In this document: in pieces, positions 18,951 through 28,650 of the stretch
Layout of the letters: each line of letters begins with the position of its first letter
How positions within the stretch are numbered: the first letter of the stretch is position 1
Assembly (NCBI GenBank): GCA_030833725.1
Contig: JAURGP010000001.1
Span: 44,080 to 108,079, forward strand
Origin: Candidatus Kapaibacterium sp.
Lineage (GTDB): Bacteria > Bacteroidota > Ignavibacteria > Kapaibacteriales > Kapaibacteriaceae
Length of the DNA: 64,000 nucleotides
Direction of reading: 5' to 3'
The notes under the pieces: generated by a model
Seen by the model: the letters and a program-made list of their open reading frames with translations, nothing else
Database searches by the model: none
Told to the model about the DNA's origin: nothing
Made by a program: the position numbers and the translations under genes

Positions 18951-20474
18951 ATGGACAACACCCCCTCAACTTCAATTGCCACGCGATTCCTGGACGCCGT
19001 TGAGCGCGTTGGCAGCAAACTACCCGATCCAATCACGCTGTTCATCCTGGCCGCCGTTCTGGTTGTTGTAGCCTCATGGCTTGCATCAGCAGCTGGCGTG
19101 ACGGTCGTGGATCCTGGAACGGGTGCAACGATCTCCGTAGAGAACCTGACAAGCAAGCCCTACGTCCAGAGGATGTTCACCGACGCGGTGAAGAACTTCA
19201 CGGAGTTTCCTCCGCTGGGTCTTGTGCTGGTAACGATGATTGGTATTGCCATTGCCGAGCGTGGTGGCTTTATCACGGCGCTGTTGCGGCGCACGGTGTT
19301 CGTGGTGCCGAAGAGTCTGCTTACGGCAGCCTTGGTGTTCACGGGAGTGCAGTCGTCGCTGGTGGCCGATGCCGGCTATGTTGTGCTGATCCCCCTTGGT
19401 GCGGTGATCTTCGCTGCTGTAGGTCGACACCCCCTGGCTGGACTCTCGGCCACATTTGCCGGAGTGTCGGGTGGTTTCAGCGCGAACCTGTCCATCACAT
19501 CCCTTGATCCGTTGCTAGTGGGTATCTCACAGACAGCGGCCGAACTGATCACTCCCGGTTATGAGATCACGATGACGTCGAACTGGTGGTTCATGATCGC
19601 CTCAACAATATTCCTTACAATGATCATCACCGTGGTCTGTGAACGCATCGTGGAGCCACGCCTCGGAGTATGGAAGCCAGATGGAAGCGGATCGAGGGAT
19701 GTCCTCACACAACAAATCTCAGCTTCAGAACAGCGGGGTCTGCGGTGGGCCAGCATCACCTTTGTGCTGGGGCTTGGTGTCTTGGCACTTCTGACGATCC
19801 CGGATCAGGCTGTGTTACGGGACTCTCAAGGTAGCCTGAAGCCGCTCGAGCAGAGTATCGTCGTGATCCTGATGCTGTTGTTCCTGGTGAGTGGGATTGT
19901 CTATGCCGTAGTAACACGAGCAGCCAAGACCGACAAGGAGCTTGCAACCATGGCCGGTGACGGCATGGCCACGATGGGTGGCTACATCGTCCTGTCATTT
20001 GTGATGGCCCAGTTCATCTTCTACTTCAAGTGGTCGAACTTGGGGATTATCATTGCTGTAAATGGTGCTAACCTCTTGAAATCGCTAAGTCTGGAGGGGC
20101 CGTTCCTCCTCACTGCATTTGTCCTTGTGGCAGCTGCCATCAATCTGTTGGTAGCCAGTGCTTCGGCGAAATGGGCCATCATGGCCCCCGTCTTCATTCC
20201 GATGTTCATGCTGATGGGAATCAGTCCGGAGGCAACACAGCTGGCCTACCGCATCGGAGATTCATCAACAAACATGATTGCACCACTGCTGGGTTACGTG
20301 CCACTCATCATCGTGGCAATGCAGCGGTACAAGAAGGATGCAGGATTTGGAACGCTCGTGTCGTTGATGTTGCCGTACTCCGTTACCATCATCGTGCTAT
20401 GGACACTGATGTTGCTGGTATGGGTATGGTTAGGTGTCGATATTGGACCGGGGGTTTCGGCGCAGATGCCGTAG
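18951..20474 (+). CDS. abgT: AbgT family transporter (p-aminobenzoyl-glutamate / antimetabolite exporter family)
   Basis: The N-terminus …RFLDAVERVGSKLPDPITLFI… is characteristic of AbgT/MtrF; 507 aa polytopic. Confidence 0.8.
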   Translation: MDNTPSTSIATRFLDAVERVGSKLPDPITLFILAAVLVVVASWLASAAGVTVVDPGTGATISVENLTSKPYVQRMFTDAVKNFTEFPPLGLVLVTMIGIAIAERGGFITALLRRTVFVVPKSLLTAALVFTGVQSSLVADAGYVVLIPLGAVIFAAVGRHPLAGLSATFAGVSGGFSANLSITSLDPLLVGISQTAAELITPGYEITMTSNWWFMIASTIFLTMIITVVCERIVEPRLGVWKPDGSGSRDVLTQQISASEQRGLRWASITFVLGLGVLALLTIPDQAVLRDSQGSLKPLEQSIVVILMLLFLVSGIVYAVVTRAAKTDKELATMAGDGMATMGGYIVLSFVMAQFIFYFKWSNLGIIIAVNGANLLKSLSLEGPFLLTAFVLVAAAINLLVASASAKWAIMAPVFIPMFMLMGISPEATQLAYRIGDSSTNMIAPLLGYVPLIIVAMQRYKKDAGFGTLVSLMLPYSVTIIVLWTLMLLVWVWLGVDIGPGVSAQMP

Positions 20475-21926
20475 CCAAGAAATGTCCCACAGTCCAGTAG
20501 CCACCAGTACGCCGAACAGCACCGGAACAGCCAACACTCGCGCGCCGATACCACTAGCGGTGAAGGGGTCCGGTGTCACGTTGAGTACGGCCAGATATAT
20601 GGCGGCAGTAGCACCTACCACGAGGGTGACGCGTGTCCAATCGTACCGCATGGGATACACACGCTGTACAAACCACCACAGCACGGCAACACTCACCACA
20701 TAGGCAGCCACCTTGGCCCAAGCCGCTCCATCGATGCCAAGCGGTGGCACCAGCACGTAGGTAGCCACAACATTCACCAGAGCCGCAGCGCCGGTAGCAA
20801 TGGGTAGGCCACCTGTCCGCTTGGTGATATGCAGACCAGCTGCTAGGTTGATGAAGATGCCATTGAAGAAGTAGGCAAACATCACAATCGGAATGATGGA
20901 CATGCCACTCCAGTAGGCAGGATTGATAAACCGCCCTCCAATGAATGGCAGTTGTACAACGTAGGGCATCAACAGAGCTGTTGTGAGAAACAGCATTCCA
21001 CAGACTGTCGTAAACAGGATCAGGACGCGCGCAAAGAGCGTCTGAGCATCATCGTCGGTATGGTGCTGCAGATAGAACGGCTTCCATGCATACTCAAAGA
21101 CCGTGATGAACATCATCAAGGGTATGGCCAGTCGGAAGTTTGTCTGATACATCCCCACCACCGCACTGCTGGTAAGCATCAGGAGCAAGGGGCGATCAGC
21201 CACCTGCACCATGATCGAGGAAAAGCTGGCCGGGACCGTCGGCAGTCCGAAGTGGAGTAATTCGCGCAGGGTACGTTGTGCACGCCGCAAGCCCCCTTCC
21301 AAACCTGTCCGCACAGACGACACCACCGATGGAATGAAGAGCAGAAAGGTCGCAGCGCTAGACAGGACACCGGACCACACCACGCCCATGAGGTGCAGAT
21401 CCAGCACCACCACCAACAGCGCATTGAGTGCCACGTTGACCACAATGGCTGCCAGTCGGTACAAGGCAAACGTGCGAGACCGTCGCTGCATCCGCAGACG
21501 TGCAAACGGGATCAACACGAGGGCGTCAAACAAGGGAATCAGAGCAGCCGTAGCCACAATGCTGCCACCAGACCCGTCCAGCTGTAACACAGAGCTGCTG
21601 GCAATGGGACCGGCAAACACCATCGTAAGGGCTGAAACCACCAATCCGACTACCACAATGGTGCCGAAGGCAACTGTGAATACATGGTTGCTACGGTTGG
21701 GGTTATCGCGCTCCCAATAGCGCATGAAGGCCGGCTCGAGACCCAACGAGTAGAGGATGTTCACAAAGGCGATCATAGCGTAGATCGCAGCAACATCTCC
21801 AATCTCCCCTGCCGTAAGGTAATTGGTATACAGCGGCGTCAGGAGGAAGGTCAGGAACCGTCCAACTACGGTGGACACTCCATACACCAGCGTATCAGAG
21901 GCCAGAGATCGAATCTTTGAATGCAT
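20430..21926 (-). CDS. Polysaccharide biosynthesis protein / oligosaccharide flippase (MOP superfamily, Wzx-like)
   Basis: 498-aa protein with 12-14 TM segments and the typical N-terminus LASDTLVYGVSTVVGRFLTFLLTPLYTNYL. Confidence 0.7.
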   Translation of the reverse strand: MHSKIRSLASDTLVYGVSTVVGRFLTFLLTPLYTNYLTAGEIGDVAAIYAMIAFVNILYSLGLEPAFMRYWERDNPNRSNHVFTVAFGTIVVVGLVVSALTMVFAGPIASSSVLQLDGSGGSIVATAALIPLFDALVLIPFARLRMQRRSRTFALYRLAAIVVNVALNALLVVVLDLHLMGVVWSGVLSSAATFLLFIPSVVSSVRTGLEGGLRRAQRTLRELLHFGLPTVPASFSSIMVQVADRPLLLMLTSSAVVGMYQTNFRLAIPLMMFITVFEYAWKPFYLQHHTDDDAQTLFARVLILFTTVCGMLFLTTALLMPYVVQLPFIGGRFINPAYWSGMSIIPIVMFAYFFNGIFINLAAGLHITKRTGGLPIATGAAALVNVVATYVLVPPLGIDGAAWAKVAAYVVSVAVLWWFVQRVYPMRYDWTRVTLVVGATAAIYLAVLNVTPDPFTASGIGARVLAVPVLFGVLVATGLWDISWLRHLRRNPRSNIDT

Positions 21927-21978
21927 GGGCCGGGGGGCGTCCGTTAACTTTGCAGTACCTGCAAAAGTACACAGGCAT

Positions 21979-22030
21979 TCACCGGGGTAATCACCGGAGT
22001 AATCACCGAGGTAATCATTGGGGGGTAATC
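21979..22030 (+). repeat. Tandem 12-nt direct repeat array (4 units, CAYYGRRGTAAT) immediately 5' of M28 peptidase start
   Basis: caccggggtaat / caccggagtaat / caccgaggtaat / cattgggggtaat, then the ATG at 22031. Confidence 0.85.
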
Positions 22031-23848
22031 ATGACCGTCGCACGCATCCTTCTCATCGGCGCTCTAGCACTCTCGTACACGTCGCTGCCTGTTGGTGCTC
22101 AGCAGCAAGAGCGACTCCAACAGTACGTCCAACAGTTGGCTTCTGAAGAAACACTCGGGCGTGCACCCGGTACGGACGGGATCGAGAAAGCTGCGGCCTA
22201 CATCATGTCCAACTTTGAGCGTCTCAGGCTCACACCGGTAGGTGACCAGGGTACCTACCGCAACACGTTCACCATCACCAGCCGTGCCGACCTTGACGGT
22301 GCAAACTCCGTCACCTTCGACGTTCGACGGGAGCGTCCCGGTGTTCCGATCGACAAGGTCCGGCCTACGAAGATGCCGTGGAAACTGGGTGCCGATTACC
22401 AGCCCTTCAGCTTCTCCGATACCGGGATGGTGTCTGGCAGAGTTGTCTTTTGCGGCTATGGTATCGAGCCCCATGGCATGGACTACAGCGACTACAAGGG
22501 AATCGATGTGAAGGGGGCTGTGGTCATCGTGCTGCGGGGACTGCCGAAGTGGGCTGAAAATGATGCCCACCTGAAGCCCTTGGGATCACTTCGCAGCAAG
22601 ACGACACTGGCCCGTGAAAAGGGCGCTGCTGCCATCTGTTTCGTCAACGAGAAAGGTGACTCCTCCGATGTGCTGGACCGCTTTGGTGTGGACCGTCTTG
22701 GAAAGAGTGCGGGAATCATGGCCGTACAGGTGCGCCGGACTCCCTGCGCGAAGGTCTTCCCGGCATCAGTCACCACGTTGTTTGCCGCCGAAGAACAGAT
22801 CAACACGTCCCGCAAGCCCCTTTCCTACGAACTGCCACACACGGCGGCAACGTTGGAAACGCACATTCGCTTCACGGAGAGTCCTACGAGCAATCTCATC
22901 GGCATGGTCAAGGGAACCGATCCGGCTCTGCAACGAGAGTTCATTGTTGTGGGTGCGCACTACGACCACCTTGGCATGGGGGATGAGAACTCTCGAGCTA
23001 CCACGAGCGAGCCAGCCATTCACTATGGTGCCGACGATAACGCCTCTGGTACCGCTGGTGTGCTGGAGTTGGCCGAGCGTCTTAGCGCCAATCCTCCTAA
23101 GCGCTCGGTGGTCTTTATGGCGTATACGGCCGAGGAGAAGGGTTTGCTGGGTTCCAAGCACTGGGTCTCCACGCCCACGCTCCCCCTGGAGAACATCGTG
23201 GCCATGGTGAACATGGACATGATCGGCCGGCTGAAGGACAACAAACTCAACGTCCATGGCGTAGGTACCTCACCGGCTTGGACCACGACGATCTCTGCAG
23301 CCACAGAGGGTACGGGGCTGAACGTGTCTACCACCAGCGATGGCTTCGGACCGAGCGATCACGCATCGTTTACACCCAAGAAGATTCCGGTTCTGCACTT
23401 CTTTACAGGCTTGCACACGGACTACCATCGTCCGTCGGATACCTGGGACAAACTCAACTTCGAGGGACTCGCTTCGATTGTTGATGTGGTAGAGCGCACA
23501 GTGCGCATCACGGCCGATGCCGACCAGCGTCTTGCGTTCACCGAAGGCGCCGAGAAGCCAAAGGCTCAGGCGACGGGAGGGGGCTTTAAGGTATCGCTGG
23601 GCATTATCCCGGACTATGCCGACGATCCGAACGGATTGCGTGTTGACGGTGTCCGTGAAAACACTCCTGCATCGAAGGCCGGCATGGAAGACGGCGACAT
23701 CATCACCAAAATCGGTTCCACAGCGATCAAGAACATCTACGACCTAACGGCCTTCCTTGGCTCGGCCACACCAGGTGACGAAGTAGAGATCGTTGTTCTT
23801 CGCGGCGGTAAGGAAGTGCGATTGAAAACCACGCTCACCGGCCGATAA
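22031..23848 (+). CDS. M28 family zinc peptidase with C-terminal PDZ domain
   Basis: Signal peptide MTVARILLIGALALSYTSLPVGAQ; M28 metal ligands (…GAHYDHLG…GADDNASG…YTAEEKGLLGS…); C-terminal PDZ (…GLRVDGVRENTPASKAGMEDGDIITKIG…). The track ORF starts upstream at 21917, but that would put a repeat peptide before the signal sequence. Confidence 0.8.
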   Translation: MTVARILLIGALALSYTSLPVGAQQQERLQQYVQQLASEETLGRAPGTDGIEKAAAYIMSNFERLRLTPVGDQGTYRNTFTITSRADLDGANSVTFDVRRERPGVPIDKVRPTKMPWKLGADYQPFSFSDTGMVSGRVVFCGYGIEPHGMDYSDYKGIDVKGAVVIVLRGLPKWAENDAHLKPLGSLRSKTTLAREKGAAAICFVNEKGDSSDVLDRFGVDRLGKSAGIMAVQVRRTPCAKVFPASVTTLFAAEEQINTSRKPLSYELPHTAATLETHIRFTESPTSNLIGMVKGTDPALQREFIVVGAHYDHLGMGDENSRATTSEPAIHYGADDNASGTAGVLELAERLSANPPKRSVVFMAYTAEEKGLLGSKHWVSTPTLPLENIVAMVNMDMIGRLKDNKLNVHGVGTSPAWTTTISAATEGTGLNVSTTSDGFGPSDHASFTPKKIPVLHFFTGLHTDYHRPSDTWDKLNFEGLASIVDVVERTVRITADADQRLAFTEGAEKPKAQATGGGFKVSLGIIPDYADDPNGLRVDGVRENTPASKAGMEDGDIITKIGSTAIKNIYDLTAFLGSATPGDEVEIVVLRGGKEVRLKTTLTGR

Positions 23849-23856
23849 CAACTGTC

Positions 23857-25212
23857 TCAGCGATTGGCAATGCCCCAGGCCATCACGGCCATGGCATAGG
23901 CACAGTCGTTCAGCTCACGCGGATCGAGTTTATCGGGCGTGTCGGCTTCGGTGTGATGATACCAGAAGTACTTCGATGTGTCTACTACCAGCTCGATCAC
24001 TGGTACTCCACGTGCGCGCAGTGGACCGGTGTCGGCACCTCCACCACCCTGTACCAATGTAGGGGGCTTGGGACTCGTGGTGATACCAGCCTGTAGGAGT
24101 GCCTCAACATCGGCCTTGAGCGAGCCCTCTACCGAGCCGCTAAAGCCGACAGGCTGAAACGTGCCGCCGTCAACCTCCATGGCCAGCACGTGCTGTTCAT
24201 GGGCAGTCAAGTCGGCGTAGGCCTTCCCACCTCGCAGACCATTCTCTTCGTTGGTCCAGAAGCATACTCTGATCGTGCGCTTGGGCTGCTTGCCGAGGCC
24301 CTTGATGGCATTCAATGCATGCCATGTGACAAAGCAGCCACTGGCATCGTCCATGGCGCCTGTACCAACGTCCCAGGCATCGATGTGGCCACCCATCACA
24401 ACTACTTCCTCGGGATGCTCTGATCCTGGAATCTCGATGATGATGTTGCGTGACGGTCGGTCCTCTGCTGATCGCGCCTCCATCATGAGCTCCAGCTCGA
24501 TCGACTGTCCACGATCCTGCATACGCTGCATCAACATGGCATCCTCCATCGTAATGGCAGCGGAGGGAATCTTTTGCACATCCTCACGATATCCCATACC
24601 ACCGGTATGCGGCGTCTGCATGCCGTACGGACCCACACTTCGCGTGAGCGATGCAACAGCTCCGTGAGCTGCGGCTGCCGATGCACCACCATAGCGGTAC
24701 TGTACCGTTTCGCCATAGGTGGTAAAGGGCACATTCCACACCACGATCTTACCTCGAGCTTCGGCGCCGCGGGCATCCAATTCTTCAAACGAACGCACAA
24801 CAAGAACCTCCGCCTTGATGGGCGTACCATTGGTACCCACACTGCCACCCAGCCCCATCATGGGTAAGGGACGGGAGGGGGCCGAGAGCATGCGCAGTGA
24901 TTCGGCTCCACGGATCCACGTTGGCACCATCACGGGCTGCGTGCGTACCGACCATCCTTGCTGCTGCATGCGGGCACTGATCCAATCCAATCCCTCCTCG
25001 AGCACGGTAGTACCACTCAGCCGGCGCGGATAGGCATCACAGAACTCGGCTACCTGATGCCACAGGGCCGAATCGGTGTAGGTGCCACGGCGTAGTGCCG
25101 GCAGATCTGCCTCGATCTGGATCTGCGCCTGCAGGGAACACGTCATGATCAGGGCGCAACAACCCAGAATCAATCCTGGAATCAATCCTGGAATCAATCT
25201 TCGAATCAACAT
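23857..25212 (-). CDS. M28 family aminopeptidase (secreted or lipoprotein)
   Basis: …GGHIDAWDVGTGAMDDASG…CFWTNEENGLRGGKAY… M28 motifs. Start placed at MLIRRLIPGLIPGLILGCC (CAT 25210-25212), which gives an N-terminal signal peptide. Confidence 0.8.
   Translation of the reverse strand: MLIRRLIPGLIPGLILGCCALIMTCSLQAQIQIEADLPALRRGTYTDSALWHQVAEFCDAYPRRLSGTTVLEEGLDWISARMQQQGWSVRTQPVMVPTWIRGAESLRMLSAPSRPLPMMGLGGSVGTNGTPIKAEVLVVRSFEELDARGAEARGKIVVWNVPFTTYGETVQYRYGGASAAAAHGAVASLTRSVGPYGMQTPHTGGMGYREDVQKIPSAAITMEDAMLMQRMQDRGQSIELELMMEARSAEDRPSRNIIIEIPGSEHPEEVVVMGGHIDAWDVGTGAMDDASGCFVTWHALNAIKGLGKQPKRTIRVCFWTNEENGLRGGKAYADLTAHEQHVLAMEVDGGTFQPVGFSGSVEGSLKADVEALLQAGITTSPKPPTLVQGGGGADTGPLRARGVPVIELVVDTSKYFWYHHTEADTPDKLDPRELNDCAYAMAVMAWGIANR
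25167..25210. repeat. Tandem 12-nt repeat (about 3.7 units, GAATCAATCCTG) inside the signal-peptide coding region of the M28 aminopeptidase
   Basis: gaatcaatcctg ×2, gaatcaatcttc, gaatcaac; on the coding strand this encodes L-I-P-G / L-I-P-G / L-I-R-R. Confidence 0.8.
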
Positions 25213-25311
25213 GCGAGAAACTCCATAAGCATGACAACTACCGGCTTGTGCTCCTGTGAAGGTCGGTATCTTTGTGCCTACCTTCGGGCAAACACCGGGG
25301 AACCTACTACC

Positions 25312-26436
25312 ATGAATCTCGTAATCAAAGCGCTCGATCCCAGCAACGTTACTACGTTCATCAAAGCGCAGTGGAACTTCTACCGCGACGATCCCCACTG
25401 GGTACCACCGCTACTGATGGATCGTAAGAAGCTTCTCAACAAGGAGAAGAATCCCTTCTACCGCCACGCCGAGATGCAGCTCTTCATCGCCCAGCAGGGA
25501 AAAGAGACTGTAGGCAGGATTGCTGCCATCGTGAATCACAACCACAACCTGACGCATAAAGATACCGTTGGCTTCTTCGGTTTCTTCGAGTGTATTCAGG
25601 ATCAAGGTGTGGCAACAGCATTGTTTGCTGCTGCCGAGCAGTGGTTGCGTGATCGCGGTATGACACGCATCCGCGGACCCGTCAATCCATCGATGAACGA
25701 CGAAGTAGGATTACTCGTACATGGTTTTGATGGGCCACCGGTCATTCTGATGACCTACAATCCGCCCTACTATGCTCAGCTGATCGAGGACGCTGGATTC
25801 GAAAAGGCCAAGGACCTCTATGCCTATCTGATCCGTCAGGAGGACTACCGCTCGGAGAAGTTGTTGCGTCTGGCCGAGAGGATCAAGGAGCGCAACGAGG
25901 TCAGCTTCCGCAACATCGATCTGAAGAACACCGAGCAGTTTCGTAAGGACCTAGAAACGATCAAGCAGATGTATAACACTGCGTGGTCGCCCAACTGGGG
26001 CTTCGTGAAGATGACGGATGATGAGTTCGAGTTTCTGGCTGCCGACTTGAAACAGATCGCCGACCCAGAGTACATCTTCTTTGCAGAGGTAAAAGGCCAG
26101 CCAGCAGGCTTTATTCTGTGCCTGCCGGATGTGAACCAAGCCCTCATCCATAACCGCCGTGGTAGTGCCCTTGGTGCACTCTTCCACCTACTGACCAAGA
26201 AGAGTAAGATCGATCTGCTACGCATCGTGATTCTTGGAGTTCTCCCTGAGTACCAAAAGCTGGGGATCGATGCCTTACTGTACCACGAAATCGGTCTGCG
26301 TAGCCAGCCACGTGGAATCAAGGCAGGTGAGGCAAGCTGGATTCTCGAGGATAACAGCATGATGAATCGTGGACTGACTCAGGTCATGAACGGCGATCGG
26401 TACCGGACATACCGCTTATTCGAAAAGGCACTTTAA
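25312..26436 (+). CDS. Hypothetical protein, possibly a tandem GNAT-fold acyltransferase
   Basis: 375 aa from the ATG at 25312. Two-lobed α/β pattern with acyl-CoA N-acyltransferase-like segments (…GFFGFFECIQDQGVATALFAAAEQWLRDRG…); no strong motif. Confidence 0.4.
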   Translation: MNLVIKALDPSNVTTFIKAQWNFYRDDPHWVPPLLMDRKKLLNKEKNPFYRHAEMQLFIAQQGKETVGRIAAIVNHNHNLTHKDTVGFFGFFECIQDQGVATALFAAAEQWLRDRGMTRIRGPVNPSMNDEVGLLVHGFDGPPVILMTYNPPYYAQLIEDAGFEKAKDLYAYLIRQEDYRSEKLLRLAERIKERNEVSFRNIDLKNTEQFRKDLETIKQMYNTAWSPNWGFVKMTDDEFEFLAADLKQIADPEYIFFAEVKGQPAGFILCLPDVNQALIHNRRGSALGALFHLLTKKSKIDLLRIVILGVLPEYQKLGIDALLYHEIGLRSQPRGIKAGEASWILEDNSMMNRGLTQVMNGDRYRTYRLFEKAL

Positions 26437-26460
26437 TCACAACTTCAACCATCCACTGCC

Positions 26461-27174
26461 ATGGGTAGAGCATTTGAGTTTCGACGCGCGCGCAAGGAAA
26501 AGCGCTGGGCCAACATGTCGCGCACATTTACAAAACTTGGCAAGGAAATCTCCGTTGCGGTGAAGTCCGGGGGACCGGATCCCGAAACGAATGCCCGCCT
26601 GCGCGTGATCATTCAGAACGCCAAGGCGGCAAACATGCCGAAGGACAACATCGAGAGTGCCATCAAGAAGGCTTCGGCAAAGGATGCAGCGGATCTGCAG
26701 GAAGTCAACTTCGAGGGCTATGCACCTCACGGCGTAGCCATCTGGGTGGAAACCACCACCGACAACAACACACGAACCGTGGCTAACGTGCGGTCGTACT
26801 TTAACAAGGGTGGCGGTCAGCTCGGTACATCGGGATCACTGGAGTTCATCTTCGAGCGAAAAGGCGTGTTTACGATTCCACTGGATGGAGTGGATCGCGA
26901 CTCTCTCGAGATGACGCTCATCGAGAGTGGTGCAGATGATATCCAGGAGCAGGATGGAGAGTTACTGGTCTACACATCGTTTGCAGACTTCATTCCGGTG
27001 CAGCGGGCACTGGAGGCTGCAGGTGTACATGTTTCAACAGCGGAGCTCCGTCGGATTCCCAACACAACAGTAAAACTGTCTGACGAGCAGGCCGAAGACG
27101 TGATCAGGATCATCGACAAGCTCGAGGACGACGACGACGTACAGAATGTGTTTCACAACATGTCGGAAGAATAG
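26461..27174 (+). CDS. yebC: YebC/PmpR family DNA-binding transcriptional regulator
   Basis: MGRAFEFRRARKEKRWANMSRTFTKLGKEI…NARLRVIIQNAKAANMPKDNIE… is diagnostic. Confidence 0.85.
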   Translation: MGRAFEFRRARKEKRWANMSRTFTKLGKEISVAVKSGGPDPETNARLRVIIQNAKAANMPKDNIESAIKKASAKDAADLQEVNFEGYAPHGVAIWVETTTDNNTRTVANVRSYFNKGGGQLGTSGSLEFIFERKGVFTIPLDGVDRDSLEMTLIESGADDIQEQDGELLVYTSFADFIPVQRALEAAGVHVSTAELRRIPNTTVKLSDEQAEDVIRIIDKLEDDDDVQNVFHNMSEE

Positions 27175-27177
27175 CGG

Positions 27178-28635
27178 ATGTGCGGAATTGTAGGCGTCTT
27201 TAACCATCCCCAGGCATCGGTCCTCTCCTACTATGGCTTACATGCCCTGCAACATCGGGGTCAGGAGGCATCCGGTATTGTATCGGTGTACCAGGAGGAG
27301 GGATCTGGCAAGCCTCGATTTGGTATCCACAAGGGTGAAGGCCTTGTGCTGGACGTGTTTTCTGATCACGCGTTGTTTTCAACGACGCTCAGGGGTACAG
27401 CGGCGATCGGACACAATCGCTACTCCACCACTGGAAGCACGTCACTGGCAAACATCCAGCCATTTCAGTTCAACTACACGGGTGGACTGTTTGCCCTGGC
27501 CCACAATGGGAACCTGACCAACACGCGCCAGCTGCGCAACCAGCTCAAAACGGATGGTGCCATCTTCCAGACCACCACGGACTCGGAGGTGTTCATGCAC
27601 CTGATTGCACGCAGCAAGAAGACGACGCAGATCGACCAGATCCGCGATGCCGTGCAGCAGGCCAAGGGTGCCTACTCACTGGTGATGCTCTCCGACACAG
27701 CGTTGTACGCCGCTCGCGACCCCAACGGCTTCCGTCCTTTGTGTATCGGTCGCTTAACTCATGAAGGGGGCTATGCCTACGTGGTGGCGTCGGAAACGTG
27801 TGCCCTGGACATCATCAGCGCCGAGTATGTCCGCGATGTAGAGCACAACGAAATCATCGAAATCAACGAGCATACAGTCCGCACTGGCGAGATCACATCG
27901 CACTACATCGATCCGTCGATGGAGCAGTCGTCGCACTGCATCTTCGAATACATCTATTTCTCGCGACCCGATTCGATGATCTTTGGTCATCCAGTTGACA
28001 AGGTGCGTCGAAAACTGGGAAAGCATCTGGCCGAAGAGAGTCCGGTAGCAGCACCAGATGGTAGCAAGGTTGTCGTTATTGCCGTCCCCGACTCGGGTAA
28101 CACGGCTACTCTTGGTTATGCTCGTGTAAACGAGGAGCGGTTCCCAACACGGTACGAGATTGGCCTCATTCGCTCTCACTACATTGGCCGAACCTTCATT
28201 GCTCCAGGGCAGAACTCACGCGAGTTTAAGGTGAAGGCCAAGTTCAATGTTGTGCGTGGCGTACTCGAGAACAACACGGTGGTGGTGGTGGACGACTCGA
28301 TTGTGCGAGGAACAACGTCGCGTTCATTGATCCATCTCATTAGAGAAGCCAAGCCAACTTCCGTACACATGCGGATTACCTCACCTCCCGTGAAGCATCC
28401 TTGTATGTATGGCATGGACTTCCCGAGCACGGAGGAGCTGATTGCCAACCACTACGATTCGGCAGAAGACATCGCCCGTCAGTTGGGTGCTGATTCCCTC
28501 GCCTACCTGAGTGTGGATGGACTGATGCGGGCGGTACCGAGCCAGGCAGGCAAGGGATACTGTACCGCCTGCTTTACGGGAACATATCCGGTGGAGATTG
28601 ATGTTTCGGCCGGGAAAATGGCAACGGAAGAATAA
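27178..28635 (+). CDS. purF: Amidophosphoribosyltransferase
   Basis: MCGIVGV Ntn-hydrolase N-terminus and PRTase domain (VVVVDDSIVRGTTS). Confidence 0.9.
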   Translation: MCGIVGVFNHPQASVLSYYGLHALQHRGQEASGIVSVYQEEGSGKPRFGIHKGEGLVLDVFSDHALFSTTLRGTAAIGHNRYSTTGSTSLANIQPFQFNYTGGLFALAHNGNLTNTRQLRNQLKTDGAIFQTTTDSEVFMHLIARSKKTTQIDQIRDAVQQAKGAYSLVMLSDTALYAARDPNGFRPLCIGRLTHEGGYAYVVASETCALDIISAEYVRDVEHNEIIEINEHTVRTGEITSHYIDPSMEQSSHCIFEYIYFSRPDSMIFGHPVDKVRRKLGKHLAEESPVAAPDGSKVVVIAVPDSGNTATLGYARVNEERFPTRYEIGLIRSHYIGRTFIAPGQNSREFKVKAKFNVVRGVLENNTVVVVDDSIVRGTTSRSLIHLIREAKPTSVHMRITSPPVKHPCMYGMDFPSTEELIANHYDSAEDIARQLGADSLAYLSVDGLMRAVPSQAGKGYCTACFTGTYPVEIDVSAGKMATEE

Positions 28636-28650
28636 CTACACGGAGCAGGC

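Noticed and set aside
21917-22030. N-terminal extension of the M28-PDZ peptidase encoding HRGNHRSNHRGN
   Set aside because: It would place a repeat peptide ahead of an otherwise perfect signal peptide. It is a read-through translation of the 12-nt tandem DNA repeat; the start is assigned to the ATG at 22031.
21979-22030. CRISPR-like array
   Set aside because: The units are 12-13 nt, directly abutting, with no unique spacers. There are no cas genes in the window. These are simple tandem repeats.
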